Assembly: GCA_043228905.1 (NCBI GenBank) | Contig: JBHGNT010000010.1 | Coordinates: forward strand, 3,286,001 to 3,350,000 | Source of the DNA: Azolla caroliniana | Lineage: Eukaryota; Plantae; Polypodiophyta | Length of the DNA stretch: 64,000 nt | Direction of reading: 5' to 3' | In this document: positions 21,401 to 35,300 of the stretch, one piece after another | How the letters are laid out: each line of letters begins with the position of its first letter | Numbering within the stretch: position 1 is the stretch's first letter | Notes under the pieces: generated by a model | Told to the model about the DNA's origin: nothing | Database searches by the model: none | Seen by the model: only the letters and a program-made list of their open reading frames with translations | Position numbers and translations under genes: made by a program

Positions 21401-23629
21401 CTTTTCCCAATAAAATATTTGTATGCAAATGATACTTGGGATCTGGTAAATATTTTGGTAAATAGACGAACTTCCACGGGTATCCTGGTACTTTTCGCAA
21501 TAAGATATTTGTATGCAAATGATACTTGGGATCTTGTGTCCTTACCTGAAGGAAGGAAAGCTCTTCTGAATAAGTGGGTTTATAAGGTAAAGAAAATTGA
21601 AGGGAAACCAAAATACAAGGCAAGATTGGTTGCCAAGGGTTATGCACAGAAGGAAGGTATTGACTTCCAAGAGGTCTTCTCTCTTGTTGTGAAGATGACC
21701 ACACTTCGTGTGCTACTTGCTCTCACTGCAATGCTTAATCTGGTGTTGTACCAAATGGATGTAAAGACCACTTTTTTGCATGGTGATATTGATAAAGAGA
21801 TCTATATGAAAACATAACCTGTATGGCCTAAAACAAGCACCACGACAATGGTATAAGTTTGATACGTTTATGCTTTCTCAAGGTTTTGATCGTAGCTATG
21901 CAGATCATTGTTTATACACGAAAAAGGATATCGATGATAGTCCCATCATACTTGTTCTATATGAGGATGATATGTTGCTAGCTAGGAAAAGAAAGACTAG
22001 TCTTGATGCTCTAAAAAATCAACTGAAATCGGTCTTCTCTATGAAAGATTTGGGAAATGTAGAGCATATTTTGGGCTTGAGAATTAGTAGAAACAGAAAG
22101 GACAAATTGTTGTCACAAGAAAAGTACGTTGAAAAAGTGCTTAACAGATTTAATATGGCAGAAGAAAAGTCCCTTGGAGTTCCTTTGCCTCATATCTTAA
22201 ACTTAGCAAGGCTGATTGTCCAAAGGATGAGATGGAAGTCAATGCTATGAAGGGAATTCCTTATGCATCAGCATGTGGTTCTCTAATGTATGCTATGGTA
22301 GCTACTTGTCTAGATATTGCTTATGCAGTGGGAGTTGTCATTCGCTATATGTCTAATCCCGGGAAAGCACATTGGGAGGCTGTCATGTGTGTTTTCAGGT
22401 ATCTTAAAGGTATACAGAGAAAATGTTTATGCACCCTTCCCAATAAACTAAAGGAACATCTTCTAAAACCTATACGTCTCAGATATGAAGCCATTTCCAG
22501 TGACATATCATGAACATAGAAGATGGGAAAAATTACGTATCATATATAATGTAATCCATGGCATTAGGAGGAATAAAAGAGCAGATTTATGCTATCAACA
22601 AATCACGATTTCAGCAAAAAATCTCTGGTCCTTTCAAATTGGACTTAATATCCATTATTAAGAACAGAAATTTTATTCCCACATCATTGCTTTGGTCAAT
22701 TCTTAGTTTCTAATATTCCTTTCCTCTCTCTCGTGTATGCAGTATCTTGAAAGACCAGCCTCTCTACTCTGTAAGTTCTATGATGAAACACTGCCTCCTC
22801 ATTCTATGGTGAAAATTTGGAACATTGGACCTGCTACTCTTTTACAACTGCATTTTGTTCATTCACTTATGATCTTCTATTAAATTCCTGAGGTATTTTG
22901 CTGATGAACTTAATACGTATGATCTACCGCACCTATGTTGCCAAACTTCAATATATCTATAACTTAAATAAAAAGGACTAAAATAGACCTATGTCCCAAA
23001 TATTTAAAATAGAGCTCTATCGCAAGACATTGATTGATATGTTACCCAAAAATATAGCAAATTCTCCATATGTCAGAAGGCTTATTTCCATTCCCAAAAG
23101 GTTAAAGAAACATCAGCCTTATACAGGACGGAATATGTCTACCCATTCACATATCTACCTATGATCTATCTCATCTATCTCATTTCTCCTGCATTCAGCG
23201 GAAATCTATAGATCAATGCAAAAGATTTGCAAGAGCACAATTGACACAAACTAGATTTGATCTATGTATGTACAATCTTCAGAGACGGATAAGATGAAAG
23301 ACCAGAATCTTACTTGGTATCGTCGAAACAACCTCGCCAACTTGAAGCCGATCTGGGGAGTATGAAGTCAAGGGAAGAAGTGAAAAAATCAATCCAAAAA
23401 AACTCAGGAAAAGCTAGATCAGATCTGTAAATATATTTAAAAATATAGAGTTGCAGGGAGAGAGGCAGAGGCAGAGAGGGAGGGAGAAAGAGAAAAGAAA
23501 GAAAGCTGCGCAAGGGGTAAGGATACAGAGTATGGTGGTTTTCCCGGCGTTATCGAGGCCCAAGACGAGAATACGAGCCTCTTTCTCTCCGAAGAGAGAA
23601 GCAAAGAGGCGAGAAACGAAGATCCCCAT
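15477..23629 (-). CDS. ARL1: ADP-ribosylation factor-like GTPase ARL1 (ARF3 in Arabidopsis naming), 182 aa. Exons 23629-23527, 23352-23314, 16869-16807, 16718-16700, 16532-16421, 15993-15946, 15732-15602, 15510-15477
   Basis: All introns are GT-AG and the exons total 549 nt. The spliced protein reads [32 protein letters not shown]...[20 protein letters not shown]...ANKQD...[20 protein letters not shown]. Confidence 0.95.
17147..17617. mobile_element. MITE-like element in ARL1 intron 2 (possibly hAT-type)
   Basis: Imperfect terminal inverted repeats (tcggcaatggttcggtttg / caaaccaaaccagggccga), many aaaccg/cggttt subterminal motifs and an AT-rich core. The TSD is not clean. Confidence 0.65.
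17745..18050 (+). mobile_element. LINE 3' fragment (C-terminal CCHC domain)
   Basis: [13 protein letters not shown]...[28 protein letters not shown] matches the SH.L.IE...C..C...EDE.H...C..Y..IR pattern of non-LTR ORF2 ends. Confidence 0.7.
18390..18403 (+). promoter_or_regulatory. Copia primer-binding site (initiator tRNA-Met)
   Basis: TGGTATCAGAGCCA, the canonical plant tRNA-iMet PBS. Confidence 0.9.
21125..21498. mobile_element. Mutator-like MITE nested in the copia RT
   Basis: Long inverted repeats GGGAAAAGTACC.../...GGTACTTTTC(C/G)C. 9-bp TSD agtaaaata (21116-21124) / aataaaata (21409-21417) / aataagata (21499-21507). It interrupts MQEE(I)[12 protein letters not shown]. Confidence 0.85.
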
Positions 23630-23647
23630 AGCTTCGTCCTTCTTCAC

Positions 23648-23663
23648 AGAGAGACACAGAGAC

Positions 23664-23696
<33 letters not shown>
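23648..23696. repeat. Imperfect (AG)n/(CT)n microsatellite in the ARL1 5' UTR region
   Basis: Seen directly, just upstream of the ARL1 ATG. Confidence 0.9.
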
Positions 23697-26365
23697 AGTA
23701 ACAAGAAGAATGAGAAGAGAAGAAGAAGACCAAACAAAATGAAGAAAATGAGAAACTCAAGAATCTCTTTCTAATGGATGCAAGAACACACACACACACT
23801 TCAAATGGTGTCCGTCTCGTGGGTGTCTGTCTCTATGGAAGGATGTGAGGACATCTATTAGCTTTAACTATCTATGGCACCATGCCCATGCCCATGCCCA
23901 TGCCATCCATCACCACTTCTTCCTTCTCCATCGTTGCCTAGCACTTCGAAAAACTAGCAGTGGACCATCGTGGTTTCCTCTCCATCCATCAACCCTTTGC
24001 TTCTCTCTCTCTCCTTCCACTGCTCATCTAGTTCAGTTATCTGCTATTGTTAGGTCTACTAGAGGCCGAATCAATCCCCTTCCACGGTTCCTTGACAACT
24101 CCTCGATTTTACACTTGGACCCACACCATCAGCCAATAGCTACTTTCTTTGTCATCGTGTTGTTCGGTAACTCGTGTTGGATTATTAGACAACTATCTTC
24201 TCTAATAGTCCCTTGATGACAACTAGATTTGGATATGGCTCTACACCATCAATCAAAAGTTATTTTGTTTGTCATTGCCTTATTTAGTAATTGGTGTTGG
24301 TATATTAGATAACAAGCTCCTTTAGCAACCCAATCTATATAGACACAAATAAAGATGTTAGTTCACCTCTTATCTCAAAACATATCAAAATCTTCAACTA
24401 CCTTTTTCATAGGATGCATAAGCATACATGCAAACAAAAGATTGCCAACTAGCAAAAGTCATAATGAGAACCATAGGGGCTCTTTTCTAACTAGCCTAAA
24501 ATAAGAGTCATACACACTTGCTCGGATGTATTTGCCATTCTCACCCCCAAACTCACAATCAATAACAAAAATATTATAGAAAGAAGAGGAAGAGGAATTA
24601 TATAGATATTAAAGAAGCATTCTAATCAAGAGCAACACCTAGGCAAAACATACATGTTGATGGAGCACACTATCAAGCTTGATGACAATGATGTATGGAG
24701 GATGGCCGAAGCTTTTTTCACAAGATATCAAGAAATTGCCCAACATAGAACCTAACCCAAAGATGCCAAATCAATAGCAAGAACTATCCAAAGAAACATA
24801 TTTTAGTCCAACAATAAGAGCTCTAGAGTTGCTTTATGGCTCCCTTATTGATGGCAATGTTTTTGTATGCTCATATTTAATATCTCTGACATTATTATGC
24901 TTTTTATTAATACAATCATGCATAATGACAGAGTTAATATCATCAACAAACTTCAACAAAAAAGATTGCCAATTATGAAACTACAATGTCTTGAACTTGT
25001 GATTTCCCCCCTATTCAATAGGTTCAATAAACTTTAGACCATTGTCATATATTTATACTAATCCATGCACACCTAGCTTGTGTGCATTTACTTGCATCTC
25101 CACGACACATCTACATGGCACTCACTCTAAGGGAGGTATTTCATTCACCTGAGGTATATCTACTCTTCCCATTCAAGCAAACCCATTAATTCAAGAATCT
25201 CTTGAGTTTTGTTAGGCACCAATGGAATTTTGACTGCTCACATAGATTGAAAACCACATTGTTGCACTATTCAAAACTTATGTGGAGCTTCGACATATGC
25301 CTTACTATACTAATGAAACAAATATTCACATTTGAGGCAAAACAAAGCTTTTGGTTCTACAATAAATCATTCAGATTCCACAACCCAACTATAATGTATT
25401 AGTTTGACATCAATACTACAGCAATAAAATACCAAAACTTAATGGAGAAGATCTGTTAATATTCTCAAAAACGTTTGGCTAGCATGACTTCAATTTTCCA
25501 TAAAACACACACCAATGGCTTTGCAAGATACCCCACGAACATTAGGAATTGACATAATTTCTACAAGATACATAGCGTATCAATCATGAGCATGATATCC
25601 TCTACTATGTACGTATACTGGTTGCCCAAACGCCCATTCAGAGTATAACTCCTATGTTTGAACATGTAGCAACTAATTTGCAAATTTGAGATAAAATCAC
25701 AACCTAGATTAAAGTGCTTCAGCTGAAAGAAGTGCTCTACCCTGAATCCTGATATACTGACTTCGAATCACAACCCTGACATCCAATTCAAGCAATCTCA
25801 TTCTTAGTTTTTTGAGATGCATACAACACAAACATTTAATGATATTATAAACACGATTCATAATGATTAGTAAAAAAAATTGTTACCATTATAGCTAGCA
25901 AGTTTTTGACCAATTGTTATTGAACTATTTGTTAGTTGGTTCTCTTTACGCATAAACAAACATGATCCATGAAACTGATAGGCCTCGGGAAAGAAATGAG
26001 AAACATTTTTCCATTTTGTTAGCTATGATGTCCCCTTTGTTTTTCGCAGTAACCTTCTCCATTGTAAGCTTGTTTAGTTTGGATAGAAATACATCACTAC
26101 CTTTTCAAAGAGAGGGGGGGCTACAAGTCACCCACAAGTCACCCTTTTTGCTCTTTTTAAGTAGAAGAAACAATCCATAAAGGATATTTTTAGCATCAAC
26201 GTTTTGAATATCGTGGGATTTTATCCTTCAAGTAAAGAAATATATACCCAAGATTGGCATATGGTTCTATGCACACAACAAAATCATTGAATGGGGGAAT
26301 AATGAAAGGATGGTTGCAGAACAGCTTGCCATATTTGCTGAAAGCTATATAGAGCCTGAAAACAA

Positions 26366-29300
26366 TTATCGCTTTTGTTGACCTAATAAGAAGGTTTTTC
26401 TTCCTTTGATGTACCTCCTACCCTCTCTAACTGCTGCCAGAACTGTATGCAAAAGAACAGGCACAAAAAATGGCTGGTGCAACACCAGCATCGATCATAA
26501 ATGCATATTTACATATAAGCCATACATTATCTCATCTCTAATAAATGATAACTTTAAAACATAATGTATTGGAAAGACCATTACTGCATATATAGCAAAA
26601 TGATGCTCCAGTGGAAGATACAGATGGGACATAATGGATGGTTGAAAGAATGCTTCCTCCGCCAAAGCTCTTGCCTTCCTTGCAGCATCTGGAATTAAAT
26701 ACATACAGAACATTGAAAAGCACAGAAGGTTAATTTATTCTAAAACTCCCAACCAGAGAGATTTTAACACGGCAACATCATGTACATGTGTGTGTGTACG
26801 TACATACGTACATATATATGTAACAAAGCTAATGAGCAAGGATATGGGAGCTGTTCAGTCTTCCAGACACAACCAATATCACCAATATAGAACCAGAAAC
26901 CATCGATATTTCCAAATCCCACCATCGATAATCAAAACTAATCTCTCTTTCATCATCAGTATAGAACTTAAATTCCACTAATTAACCACCATCGATTTAG
27001 TATTACACACCTAGCTTAATACTATAGACCTTCGGCAGAACATGGGAGCATACTAACGACCTGATCTAACCATATTTACTACCCTGCATGTACTATCTTG
27101 GATAACGAGAAAACCAGAGACTAAATCCAATCATGAGACAATTCAAGTAATTTCCAAAAGACATCTATTATTATGACCTGCAGCAACAAAATAAGCGCCT
27201 AATGATGCATTCTTTTCTGCAGCTTCTGCAACCAAGAGTGAGCTCCTGACCTGTTGCAAAATCCATCCGCTCACAAAATGATCAGCCCATTAGACTGTCG
27301 CAAAAATTACTATAAACACATACACATCATTGATACCTGATCACCAATCTCTTCCATTACTACCATGTTTGGAAGCGACTGAACCTGACATAATAACATG
27401 AAAATAGTAAAGAATATATCCATTCCACATGCATATTCAGATGCATATCAATTCATTTATTATTTAACACACATTTCTATTGCTAAGGCTAACTACTACC
27501 TTCCTATCTAGCATTGTTTCACAAGTAGCTCTCCTTGGAGGGGCCCAAACATATCAAAATTTTGATGCAGAAGGATAATTCCTTGTGATCTGAGAGTAGA
27601 GACATTTACAATGCAGCACTGGGCACTTCATCATTTTGGTACCACAGAAAGAAAGTTATCAAATGGCCTGCATTTTCAGGATATCATTATTGTTTCTGGG
27701 GTTTGATGCCAAGAACTAAACACCTAAAAATGGGCCCTTCATTTAACAGAGAGGAACCTCTTTTTAAAGAGGCAGAATCTGAGGGGATACAATGACCTTA
27801 CAAGCCAGTGCAGAGTGTTCCTTGGCCCAGCACCTGACAACATGGATACTTCTTTTATATGTGCTTGGCCCAGCACCTTCTTTTATATGTGGCTTTCACC
27901 ATTTAAAGATATGTGCACATTCAACACTTTACTAGCAATGATTGAACCAATCTCCAAATAAATCTTCCCTTATTCTTATTACAGTATGGTGTGAGCAGGC
28001 AGATAAATTTGATCCTCAAGCAAATACACACAAATAGAAGAATCGGAAAAATGCTTTAAAATTCTCTAAATCTTACCAAATGAGAAAGTGACCTCAATGT
28101 AGAAGCACATGATTTAATATCAGCAATTGCTCGTCTACGGACAAGTACATCCTGCTCCCTGATATTCACAATATTAAACAAATCATTCCCAAAATCACAA
28201 ATCGGGCCTTAGATGATCTTACAATCGTGTCAAATATCCTACAAAGTAACATACATTTGCATGGTGAAGAGTGATATAGGCATTTTCAGACATGCGGACA
28301 AATCACAAGTCTCAGTTACATGAATACTATGCCTAATTGCATTGAGAGCATCACTCCCCATCATGAGTATTTGCACTAGATCAAGTGCAGGCAGTAGTGG
28401 ATTGGCATCGACAATGCTTGATGGACATTCAAATATGGTTTTGTGAGCTCCCAAAGCAGAGGTACTTATGACAGCACTTATCTCATCAAAACAGCTGGCT
28501 GAACATGGAGACAATCATTGTTGATATTTTGAAATGAAAGAATGGTTCCAATCACATCCCTTAAATATAAGTACACTATCCTTGTTCCAATGTATATTGG
28601 ATTAACCAACTTGGAAAAGACTAGAGAGGTTCACACTGATGCCATTAAATTGGCTGATGAAAGAGCATTTATCAGGCCCACTTATATGAATACTTTTGCA
28701 CATTACAAGATGGATTTATAATCAGGCCCACTTATATGAATACACATCTATCCCATATGCTCAGTAGTGTGATATGGCAGCTCATACCCTCTTCACATCA
28801 GTTAGATATTGAGATCGTTGGATACACACACAAATCTACAGAAGGACCACATCTGCCAATTGTGTCATCGGGTGTGGAATCGGAGGGACATTATTTAAAT
28901 TTTACATGTTTTATTATGAAATATGAGGGATATGCTACTGCCATTTCAAAAAAAGCTTTGACTCACTACATCATTCCTCATCCTAGAAGTCAAGCATAAG
29001 TAGGGTCTTGTCCACAACACTCAAAAGGAATTAATTATAATAAATTGGGCAAGCGCAATCAGTCATGCATATAGGGCACATCTATCTAAACCATCACCCA
29101 TGTCATCAATAAATAAAGGCGCCATTATAACCAGACAACAAAGGCGTTTCTCTTGCTTCAGAAACCTCTCCATCTTAGACTGGCCCATGTTGGAGACCTT
29201 TCCGAGGCAAAAGTTTGTCCATCTAAGTTCAGAATGTGCATGCTTAGCTAATGAAATTCTCTGGTACCCTACATAGTTCTATTAATTTAGAGTTATTTAC

Positions 29301-32300
29301 CTCATCCAGTCGGGTAAGCATTTTGGCCAGTTAACAGGCGTTAATAGATCTACCTTTCTTTCCCATCAAACTTGCTGTAGTTATCCCTATCCCGTCTTAC
29401 ATTTTTCAGAATTTACCATTTCATGGTCAGTTCATACTTCATTAAAGTTTTTTCATACAAAAGAAAGGAAGGAGGAAGCATTTGTTTATGCATTTCAGGC
29501 GCCTTTGTAGCTCCTGACAGAGGCAAACTTCAAGAATTTATTTGATGTATGAATCCAACCGTTCAGTATTAAAGGCATTTCCAATCAGATAGATATAATA
29601 TCTGGCTGTTATTTCTAATCTCTTTAGTTTCCTACTGGAAATATATTAGAAACAACTTTTCTTTAAAAAAAGCAATAAAAATAAAATCTTATGATAAAAT
29701 TTTCATATTAGATGTATGGGGACTTATTAAACCATCATAAGATATCATAAGTACCAGTTAGCAAATCCAGAGCTGATAGCAGGAACCAAAACAAAATGAT
29801 CATCTTCATTAAGTGATATGAGGGACGGTAACCCAAATAATTCACGAATTTGTGCAATAACAACAAGCATGACAGGTTCCAAGTCCTGCATAAATATGCA
29901 TCACTCTATGTCAAGTTCTGCACTCATATACATGATTTTAGAGAGGAAAGGTAAAATTTGAGTATGCTAAGCTGATTCAGGTATCAGGGAAGGATTCTTA
30001 CCCCGATAGATAAATGCTGAATTGGTTCCTTCAACTTTCTCTTGCATCTTGGAGGATTAAATATAATAACTCCTCCCCAACCCTAGGAAAAATACAATTT
30101 AAATGTTCTCATGCAGTAATTAAGATGAATATGCAGTTGGATATATGATACATACAGGCGACGTGAACCCATTTGTTTTTGACAAGCTTCCATCTTTGTG
30201 TTTCAAATGGAGAGGACATTCATCTCCTGGCGAAACATAACTTTCAAAAAGAAAAGATTCAAATCATGCATCAGGAATATCATAATTATAACTAAAATTG
30301 GAATGGTATATTAGACACGGGCACTGTTGCACATTAATACTAAGTGCTTGAAAATACTGGGATCATCAACAGACATGATTCTTCAGAAATATAGAATAAA
30401 ACATTCTGAATGACACTACACTTTCTTCTTTACCTAATGCTGAACATTCTCGCTTTCTTGGTAACTCAATCCAGTTTTTTGTTTTTTTGTTTCCATTCGG
30501 AAAGACAGTACAGCACTTTCAAGCAGTCTCACATACTAGCAAAGTAAAAGAATATCAAAGGCATGAAATTTTTACAAAAATATAAGTACCACTAGATTTT
30601 ACATGGCAAAATGCAGAAGTTTTGAGCGCCCAGCAGCTGCACTAGAGGTGTCTAAATGCCACTCATTTGCATTCACCTACATGGATAAATATCTTCAAAT
30701 CACATGTAGAATAGTCTGCAATCTCTCACCTAGAACATTACAGGTGCTCAATAGAAACTGGCGTCTGATTCAGTATCTGCCACACAACATTTTTTCATGC
30801 CTTTATAGAAATGACTTACAAAAAAGGGAATGTCCTTGGATAAAACAACATGCTTTCGTAGCTTAGGATCCCAAATTGATTGCACATTGCTTGGAGTATA
30901 ATACAAGACCTGCATATATAGATTAAGATCTTAATGGACAAATAAAACGCACATGGAAAACACACACATGGATTGAGGAATGAAATTTCAGAAGAGGTAA
31001 GTCATTGCAAGAAACAAGCTTACTAATTTGCTCTAACATTGCAAATGAGCAATTCAATTACTTTGAGAGGAATTCTACATAAATTAAAGGCCCTTCTTGA
31101 AATAATTCTAACATAATCTAAAGCAAGGCATCAATCACAAGATACCATTTCTGCCAATACAGAAGTTTGGTGAATTGTGACAAATGCATAGGCATACCTT
31201 AGGGATAAATTCTAAAGCTAATTTAAACGGTATGTAGAGCGGCTTAAAGTTGCAGTTTTTTCACACCCATTAGATATTCCTAGTAACAAATGGGAAGTAC
31301 ATCTATGGATTTTATTTTAGTCTACTTAAAATAAAGAGTTCATAACTCTATATAGGTTGTTGATCAGCTAACAAAATTAGGCAAACTTAATACCAATTGA
31401 AACCACATTATCAGCTCATGAATTGGCTTGTCAATTTCTGACTCACGCCTTTAAAAAGTTGAAAACTACTTTAAGCATGAGTTTCTTGGATACTCATCAG
31501 TGAGATGATCAAACTAAACAATTCAATCAAATTATTGAGTATATGTTTCAAACCTATTTGGTGAAGACGCCTAGAGAATGGGAACACTATCTTCCTTTAC
31601 TAGAGTTTGCTTAAAACAGCTCTAAATATACGTCTATCAGATATAGCCCTTTTATGTTGATGTTAATTTTCATCAAGATGAAGTGGTGAGTACACAAGTT
31701 TCTCAGATATATGCAAGAAATATTGCATAATGCACAAGAAAATATTGAGATTGTTCAATATAAAGTGCATTTTTATGCCAATCATAATAGGCATGCTTGT
31801 GCTTTTATCCTTCTTGCATGTACCTCCAAATTCCAAAACATTATCTATGGGTAAGTGTGCTAGATTAGCCGCATGCAATTGTGGACTTTTCATAGTCATA
31901 AAGCATACTACTTCATATGCCTATGTGTCGACTGTCCCAATGGTGTCAACATTCTGACAAAACAGTGCCTATCAAAAGACCAAGTAATTCATGAGGATTT
32001 ATCCTTTGAGCCTCATTCGCCCAAAAATAACAAATTCGAAATTTCCACATTAAATAGTTGGATTTTGTGGATTTGTTTTTTGCATCTATAAAATGGCCAA
32101 CATTGACCCATGGAACCCAAGTATACAATTTTTCTTGATGTGTATCTCCCTCCGAAGGAAGGATATTCATGCTTTGAAGCACAAAGTCTCTATGTGTGAA
32201 CAAGGTATACACACATGAGCTCAATCTTCTAGGTGGTGTCTTTGTATAAAGAAAGAAGAAAGAAACATCTTTTAAGAGGCCTAAATGGCCTATAAGACCA

Positions 32301-35300
32301 AAAAGAGACCAACAAATCAAAATAAATTATGACGTAAAAGAAGAAAATACAATAAAAACATACTAAAGAATGTTGTCATAGGTACAGGCATAGAATGTAA
32401 TATTCGTGTTCGTGCAAGCATTCCAACGTTTGGAAACGAACACGTTTGAAATGGGAAAAATACATGCTCCTTTTTTTTTCATTTATTATCATGACAATTC
32501 AGCTTACCCTAGTGGTAAGGAGTCATGCTATTGTTGTTTATGTCTTGGGTTCAATTCCCAATTTTCTCATCTCTTTCTCTCTCTCTCATTAGTACCATGT
32601 CATAGCAAAATTTTATGTTAGTGTTATAATAGGTTTTTTCTTTTATTTATTTTTTATTACAACTAAGCACAACCTAGTGGTAAGTTATTGTGCTACTATT
32701 ACTTGTGTCTTGGGTTCAATTCCCAACTTACTCATATCCTCTTGTTAGTGTCATGGCAAAATTTTATGTTAGTGTCATGTCCCTTTTTCTTCTAGTTGTT
32801 ATGCTACTACTGCCTATGTCATGTTATTAGTAATTAGGTCCCCCAAGTGGTAAGTTGTTATGCTACTACTGCCTATGTCATGTTTTCTTTATATTCTCGA
32901 ATATAGGTTTTATGAGTTTTTGATCGTTTCATTTTTTTTCTTTGTTATTAGAAATTAGGTCACCCTAGTGGAAAGTTGTTATGCTACTACTACCTATGTC
33001 ATGTTTTCTTCATATTCTCGAATATACGTTTTATGAGTTTTTGAATGTTTGATTATAATTTATAATGACATATTTTGATTCAATCTCTATAGTTCATACT
33101 CATTTTTTTGTAAAGTTCTAAAGTGAGGATGATAGAGATGTCTTGATTCGCATCCCAAAAGTGTGCATGTGATACAATGCAAATATTGCAACCATACTTA
33201 TGTTGGTGGTTCACAATGCATTAGAGTCCACTTATTAGGATTGAGGGTGAATCAATATATAATATAGACCCTAGTCAATCCAATCCAACTTTGAGATGAT
33301 TTACCATACACGTTTGATTGAATCATTCTCGAATGCAAATGCACGTATGATACGTATGGTTCATTCTATGGGTATAGGTATGATTCCCAAGTCAGATATA
33401 TTGTCGTTTTTTTCTACAAAAGATCTATAGCATTGGTCAATCCAAAATGGAGAGGTCTCTGAAGCGAGGGAAGTACCTGCGATGGCAAGAGATAACAACC
33501 TTTATCTGTCAACAACAAGGGTGGTAAGATTGTGGTTGATGCATCGAGAACTACATGCACAACAAATTTCTATTGTCGGATCTATTGTAACCCCTTTGTT
33601 ATGTCTTGGTCAAGAGCCCATTTATGTAGCCCTTGATTGACCTGTAGCATGAGTAAGAATGATGAGCTAAAGAAAGTTGTGATTGTTCTTTGTTGATGAG
33701 CTTGTGTGGCAGTATTGTTATCCCTTAAGTTCTAGCAAGAAAAGCCCAAGCACCATTGGTTCTCATATTCCACTACCTTGTGTAATGGGCCAAAGCCTTG
33801 CTTAAAGAGGAAAGAGTAACCCCCTCTTATTTCACGAAAAGCACTACAGTGACAAACATACTATTCTTTAGATTCCACTCCCTGATGACACAATTGGCAA
33901 ATTCTTTCTTCCAGAGGTATTCGTGCAAAAACTTGACTACCTCAATCTCTAACTAATGTGATGAAGTTTGCAACTGCCCTATCACAATGCGCAGCATATA
34001 AGATACATGTATGTCCATATAAGATGGCCTGATGATGAATCCATACTCCGATGTGTGTAAAAAGTGTCTTATAGTTGACCATCTTCCTACCAATTAATAA
34101 TATCAGTTCGGATCACCCAATTTTTTTCGCTTTGGTCATGTTAGATGGGGACAATCCAAGCTATATTGGAATGGGGGTAGACGCTTATGCCATTTGACTC
34201 CCAACAATTGTTGCATTTCAGCATACCAACAATGATTGTCTCCATGTTCAAAAAGTTGTTTTAATGACATTAGTGCCAACCTTGAGTACCTTCCTTTAAG
34301 GATCTTCCAAAGTCATTGGGTACATGTCAATCATCAAAGCTGCTCCCATCTCTACTTGAATTATATCATGGGACACCGACGCTTTGCTCCTTATCATGTC
34401 AGCATTCATTGAGACTAAAGGTCTCTTTACATTTTTCCAGTTATTTGCCTTGTTAAGGTTGGGTTTAGCTTCTACTCTATTAGCATATCAATTATGCCAC
34501 AGTGTAGTTCATGGATCTTGGAATTGCAAATGTGCGAATTGTCTTTCAAGAGCACCATGGGTTGCATATCCACAAGAAAGTCGGGCACAAGCAACCTCCT
34601 GTAAGGAGAACCTACGCCTTGTAAATGTTACCCCGAGGTATGTGTAGGATCATGTGTATGCCATATTTTCCTCTCCCAAGAAGAATTCTAGTTCTGATCT
34701 TGTTACCCATGGTTTATTGGTGCTAAACAACTATCACTACAGTTTTATCTATATTTAAACACACCTTTGTCTGTATAAAATACTTTTGAGGCATTTCAAT
34801 GTCTTCATAGTCCCTCCAAAGAGTCAGAAATCAGCGGAATATAATCAGCATATAGTAACATTTGTATCGTTATACCTGCTACACATGCTTCCAGACCCTC
34901 AAATCTCACTATGTAATGTGATACCTCATTTGTATAGAGACCGAAGAGAGTGGGCAATAATGGGCATCCTTGTTTCACTCCAATTTGAGAGTGGGCGATA
35001 GTGGGCATCCTTGAATAGCTCCAATTGTGCTAACCACAGCCTCGAACAAACCATTGGAGACCGCATTTTTCCTAACACAAATTTGTACAGTGCATAGATT
35101 TCCCATTGCATATCTATAGGGACACCAAGGCTTCTAGCCCTTGCATAGGCCAAGCATGCAAGACAATGTCAAAGGATTTTCAGAAATCCACAAAGGCTCT
35201 GCCTCCTCAGTAAGGGCTCAGAGGGTCATTATATGATCCAAAGTTGTAAAACCCTTCTGAAAGCCTGCATGTCCAATTGAATGGCAGCAAATATACTCAA

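Larger units (their letters stand above)
18124..22430 (+). mobile_element. Truncated, degenerate Ty1/copia element in ARL1 intron 2 (probable 5' LTR ~18124-18389; gag, PR, INT, RT; no RNase H or 3' LTR)
   Basis: PBS TGGTATCAGAGCCA. Gag [10 protein letters not shown] and knuckle [14 protein letters not shown]. Protease WIVD.GA.FH. Integrase [40 protein letters not shown]. Many stops and frameshifts. Confidence 0.9.

Noticed and set aside
21092-21817. 241-aa ORF with a novel N-terminus on copia RT
   Set aside because: Chance read-through of the inserted MITE into the RT frame.
23414-23774. ORFs with LSLSLS / RERERE runs
   Set aside because: Translations of the (AG)n microsatellite. The true ARL1 start is the MG at 23629.
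32500-32730. Functional tRNA genes
   Set aside because: A/B-box-like motifs are present, but I could not form an acceptor stem or anticodon arm.
33450-34560. Possible gag/protease remnant on the minus strand
   Set aside because: Too decayed to support with motifs. The same applies to 24500-25650, 28240-28600, 39700-41200, 59650-60500 and 63560-64000.
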